DNA of 64,000 bases, from NCBI GenBank assembly GCA_030647485.1, contig JAUSJT010000001.1, forward strand, positions 12,947-76,946. Reading direction: 5' to 3'. Source of the stretch: a bacterium. GTDB taxonomy: Bacteria > Patescibacteriota > Minisyncoccia > Minisyncoccales > UBA10102. The translations under genes and the position numbers were made by a program. A model generated the notes under the pieces. It searched no databases, was not told where the DNA came from, and saw only the letters and a list, made by a program, of their open reading frames with translations. Of this stretch, positions 61,413 through 64,000 are shown one piece after another; position 1 is the first letter of the stretch; every line of letters begins with the position of its first letter.

Positions 61413-62410
61413 GCAAGAAGACCCGGTACGCTCTTTGGGGCTTTGCATCCTTTTTCTTAGCTTTTTTCTTGTTCTTGTTCGTAGGGGAAGCGCCGCGGGC
61501 ACAACGCATGACTTGGGGCGTGAACTTTTCCCAAAAGCACGCTATTAATCTTGGGTTAGATTGGAAAGAAACATACCTTGCGTTGTTAGATGACCTTGGA
61601 GCAAAATACCTGAAGATAGCGGTTCATTGGGATTTTATTGAAGGAGAGGGGCCTGGCCTGTTTTTTGATGATGTGGATTGGCAGGTGAGAGAAGCGGAGA
61701 AAAGGAACGCAAAGATTCTTTTTGCCATAGGTATGAAGACTCCGCGGTGGCCAGAGTGCCATATCCCCCAATGGGTAAAAGAACTGGGAAAGAAAGATCA
61801 CGAAATTGCGATGCTGGCAATGCTTGAGGGAATCGTGTCTCGATACAAAGATTCTGAAGCTGTGTGGGGCTGGCAAGTGGAAAACGAACCTTTCTTTCCT
61901 TTTGGGGAATGCGCTTTTGCCCATGGAGACTTCTTGAAAAAAGAAGTGAATCTAGTACGCTCATTAGATACCAGGCATCCCGTGGTTGTTTCAGAAAGCG
62001 GAGAGGGATCGTTCTGGACTGGAGCTGCAACGCATGGAGACGTTGTGGGGGTAACCTTATACCAAAAGGCATGGGTGAGTCAGTTGGGTATTTCTGTTGA
62101 TTACCCCTTGCCCCCAGTCTTTTACTGGAGAAAGGCGCAGTTCATCAGCACATTCTTTAAGAAGAACGTCATAGGAGTAGAGTTGCAGGCAGAGCCGTGG
62201 GGACCTTCCTTGCTGTATGACTTGTCCTTGGAAGAACAAGAGAAGACCATGAACCCTGAATTATTTAGAGAGAACATAGAATTTGCAAAGCGTACGGGCT
62301 TAGCCACCTTTTACCTGTGGGGAGGAGAGTGGTGGTACTGGATGAAAGAGAAGCAGGGGCGCCCCGCAATGTGGGAAGAAGTAAGAAAGATATTCGTAGA
62401 AAATCTATGA
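61409..62410 (+). CDS. Membrane-anchored TIM-barrel glycoside-hydrolase-like protein
   Basis: N-terminal TM helix. WGWQVENEPF (NEP catalytic-acid motif of clan GH-A). Confidence 0.55.
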   Translation: MSKKTRYALWGFASFFLAFFLFLFVGEAPRAQRMTWGVNFSQKHAINLGLDWKETYLALLDDLGAKYLKIAVHWDFIEGEGPGLFFDDVDWQVREAEKRNAKILFAIGMKTPRWPECHIPQWVKELGKKDHEIAMLAMLEGIVSRYKDSEAVWGWQVENEPFFPFGECAFAHGDFLKKEVNLVRSLDTRHPVVVSESGEGSFWTGAATHGDVVGVTLYQKAWVSQLGISVDYPLPPVFYWRKAQFISTFFKKNVIGVELQAEPWGPSLLYDLSLEEQEKTMNPELFRENIEFAKRTGLATFYLWGGEWWYWMKEKQGRPAMWEEVRKIFVENL

Positions 62411-63003
62411 GGGTGCCATTACTTGAGAAAATATTGAATTACGGAGGGAGGGTTTGGTGGGCGCCGCTTATCACAAAAGAATTTAAACCCTTCATTTATA
62501 CGGGAGACCGTGTGCTTGATATAGGGGCAGGGGGCGGATGGATAGGAGAGAATGTCAGTAAATCCCGGAGCGCAAGCGTTACATTGCTTGACGTTTCCGA
62601 TATGAATCGGACAAGTTTTCCTTTGCGCCTGTATGACGGTAAGCATATGCCTTTTTCTGATTCTTTCTTCGATGTTTCCCTGCTCGTGTTTGTTCTCCAC
62701 CATTGTGAAGATCAGATCCAGGTCTTGCGAGAAGCCATTAGGGTAAGCGGGAAACGGATTATCATCTTTGAAGATACGTTCCGCAATCCGTTTGAAAAAT
62801 TTCTCTGTGGACTCAACGATTGGATTGCAAACTCCCCGTTCTTTCTTGCTGATCCCCTTAAGATGAATATGCCCTTTCATTACAGGCGCGTCACAGAATG
62901 GGAAGATATTTTCAAGAAGTTTTCTCTCAAGATGACGTTCAAAAAAGAAACCAAGCATTTTATTACACGCCACGTATTATTTATTCTTGAAAAACAAGCA
63001 TGA
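62407..63003 (+). CDS. Class I SAM-dependent methyltransferase
   Basis: VLDIGAGGGWIG motif I. ATG at 62407 overlaps the upstream stop (ATGA). Confidence 0.8.
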   Translation: MRVPLLEKILNYGGRVWWAPLITKEFKPFIYTGDRVLDIGAGGGWIGENVSKSRSASVTLLDVSDMNRTSFPLRLYDGKHMPFSDSFFDVSLLVFVLHHCEDQIQVLREAIRVSGKRIIIFEDTFRNPFEKFLCGLNDWIANSPFFLADPLKMNMPFHYRRVTEWEDIFKKFSLKMTFKKETKHFITRHVLFILEKQA

Positions 63004-63734
63004 TAAGCATTGTCATACCTACGCTTAATGAGGAAGAATATCTTCCTAAGTTATTGGAATCTATCCATAGCCAGAAGTTCAAAGACATGGAGATTATTGT
63101 TGCAGATGCAGGTTCCAAAGACAGGACAGTGCAGATTGCAAAGGCGCACGGGTGCAAGGTTACTCCAGGCGGGCTGCCCGGTAAGGGAAGAAACGAGGGG
63201 GCCAAGGTGGCAAAAGGAGATGTGCTGTTTTTTGTAGATTCCGATGCGTTGCTGCCCCCGCATTTTGTGGAGCGCTTCTTGCGCGAGTTCGACAGGAGAA
63301 AGCTTGACGTTGCAGGGTGCGCCATGAAACTCCCGGGCAAGAAAAAAATATACCGAGTTTTTGAAAAGCTGTATACTTTGTACTTCAAGGCAACAGAACG
63401 GTTCTACCCTCACGCAACGAACTGCATTGTTATAAAGCGCGCGCTCCATGAAAAGATAGGAGGGTTTGACGAAACTATGAAATTAGGGGAAGATCTCTTT
63501 TACGTGAGGGCTGCCGCAAAGGAGGGAAAATTCGGATTTATTCCCTCTCTGTATTTTTATGCTTCTCCCAGGCGCGCAGAAGAGGACATGAAGAAAATCA
63601 TAACGCAATATTTCTTGGCAGAAATGTATATGACTTTTATTGGTCCCATTAGGACGGATTTATTCAAATATCGTTTTGACCACCTCGCTAATAAGAAAAA
63701 GGGGAAATCTCATGAAAAAAAGGATTTATCTTGA
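63000..63734 (+). CDS. Family 2 glycosyltransferase
   Basis: ISIVIPTLNEEEYLPKLLESI and the DAGSKDRT..FVDSD (DxD) motifs. Confidence 0.85.
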   Translation: MISIVIPTLNEEEYLPKLLESIHSQKFKDMEIIVADAGSKDRTVQIAKAHGCKVTPGGLPGKGRNEGAKVAKGDVLFFVDSDALLPPHFVERFLREFDRRKLDVAGCAMKLPGKKKIYRVFEKLYTLYFKATERFYPHATNCIVIKRALHEKIGGFDETMKLGEDLFYVRAAAKEGKFGFIPSLYFYASPRRAEEDMKKIITQYFLAEMYMTFIGPIRTDLFKYRFDHLANKKKGKSHEKKDLS

Positions 63735-64000
63735 TTACGCATCATCTACGCCCATTGACCGCAAGGTGTTAGCGGCAATGATGCCGTATTTTAAGAACGC
63801 GTTTGGAAACGCATCCTCGGCGCATTCTTTTGGGCAGTTTGCACGAGTGGCAATAGAAGAGGCGCGAGGGATTGTCTCATCTTTTCTGAATGCGCGGCCA
63901 CAGGAGATTGTCTTCACCTCAGGAGCAACCGAAGCGAATAACCTTGCTATTCAAGGTTTGGTGCGGGCTTTGGCAGGGAGTAAGAAAAAAGAGAGGGTTC
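63712..64000 (+). CDS. Cysteine desulfurase (NifS/IscS family), 3'-partial at window edge
   Basis: MKKRIYLDYASSTPIDRKVLAAMMPYFKNAFGNASSAHSFG..FTSGATEANNLAI. Confidence 0.85.
   Translation, partial: MKKRIYLDYASSTPIDRKVLAAMMPYFKNAFGNASSAHSFGQFARVAIEEARGIVSSFLNARPQEIVFTSGATEANNLAIQGLVRALAGSKKKERV

Noticed and set aside
1-64000. Prophage, IS element, integron or restriction-modification/toxin-antitoxin defence loci
   Set aside because: No integrase, transposase, terminase, capsid, Cas, restriction endonuclease or typical TA pair was recognisable in any frame. The methyltransferase at 62407-63003 sits in a glycosyltransferase/envelope cluster and looks like a small-molecule or lipid methyltransferase.

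Overview
This 64-kb chromosomal segment is densely packed and housekeeping-rich. From gene content I infer a streamlined, AT-leaning Patescibacteria/CPR-like bacterium: six aminoacyl-tRNA synthetases (argS, ileS, glyQS, metG, leuS, hisS), infC-rpmI-rplT, smpB plus tmRNA, ftsA-ftsZ, topA, a compact mfd, PolX, glmS, glyA-folD, archaeal-type CoA enzymes, and little biosynthesis. I call about 70 CDS, one tRNA-Leu(CAA) and one tmRNA whose 5' end overlaps the smpB stop codon. The main finding is a complete diversity-generating retroelement (DGR) at 39.9-42.3 kb. It has a target gene with a C-terminal variable repeat, a template repeat that differs from it only at adenines (18 of 18 mismatches, hand-aligned), an inverted Avd-like gene, and a DGR-type reverse transcriptase. 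Secondary findings: (1) IleRS carries a roughly 200-aa histidine-phosphatase (PGAM-like) domain inserted in its catalytic core; (2) three families of short repeats sit in frame inside essential genes (ileS, pth, folD, metG); (3) a 72-74-nt hairpin element occurs three times, with compensatory changes in its outer stem; (4) a three-gene citryl-CoA synthetase/lyase-like cluster; (5) a fused archaeal-type PPAT-DPCK; (6) G9 and G10 homopolymer tracts; (7) several visibly GC-richer single-gene cassettes. No CRISPR array, rRNA, transposase or integrase was seen. All coordinates for non-ORF features were derived by hand and may be off by 1-2 nt. No database searches or computed statistics were available.
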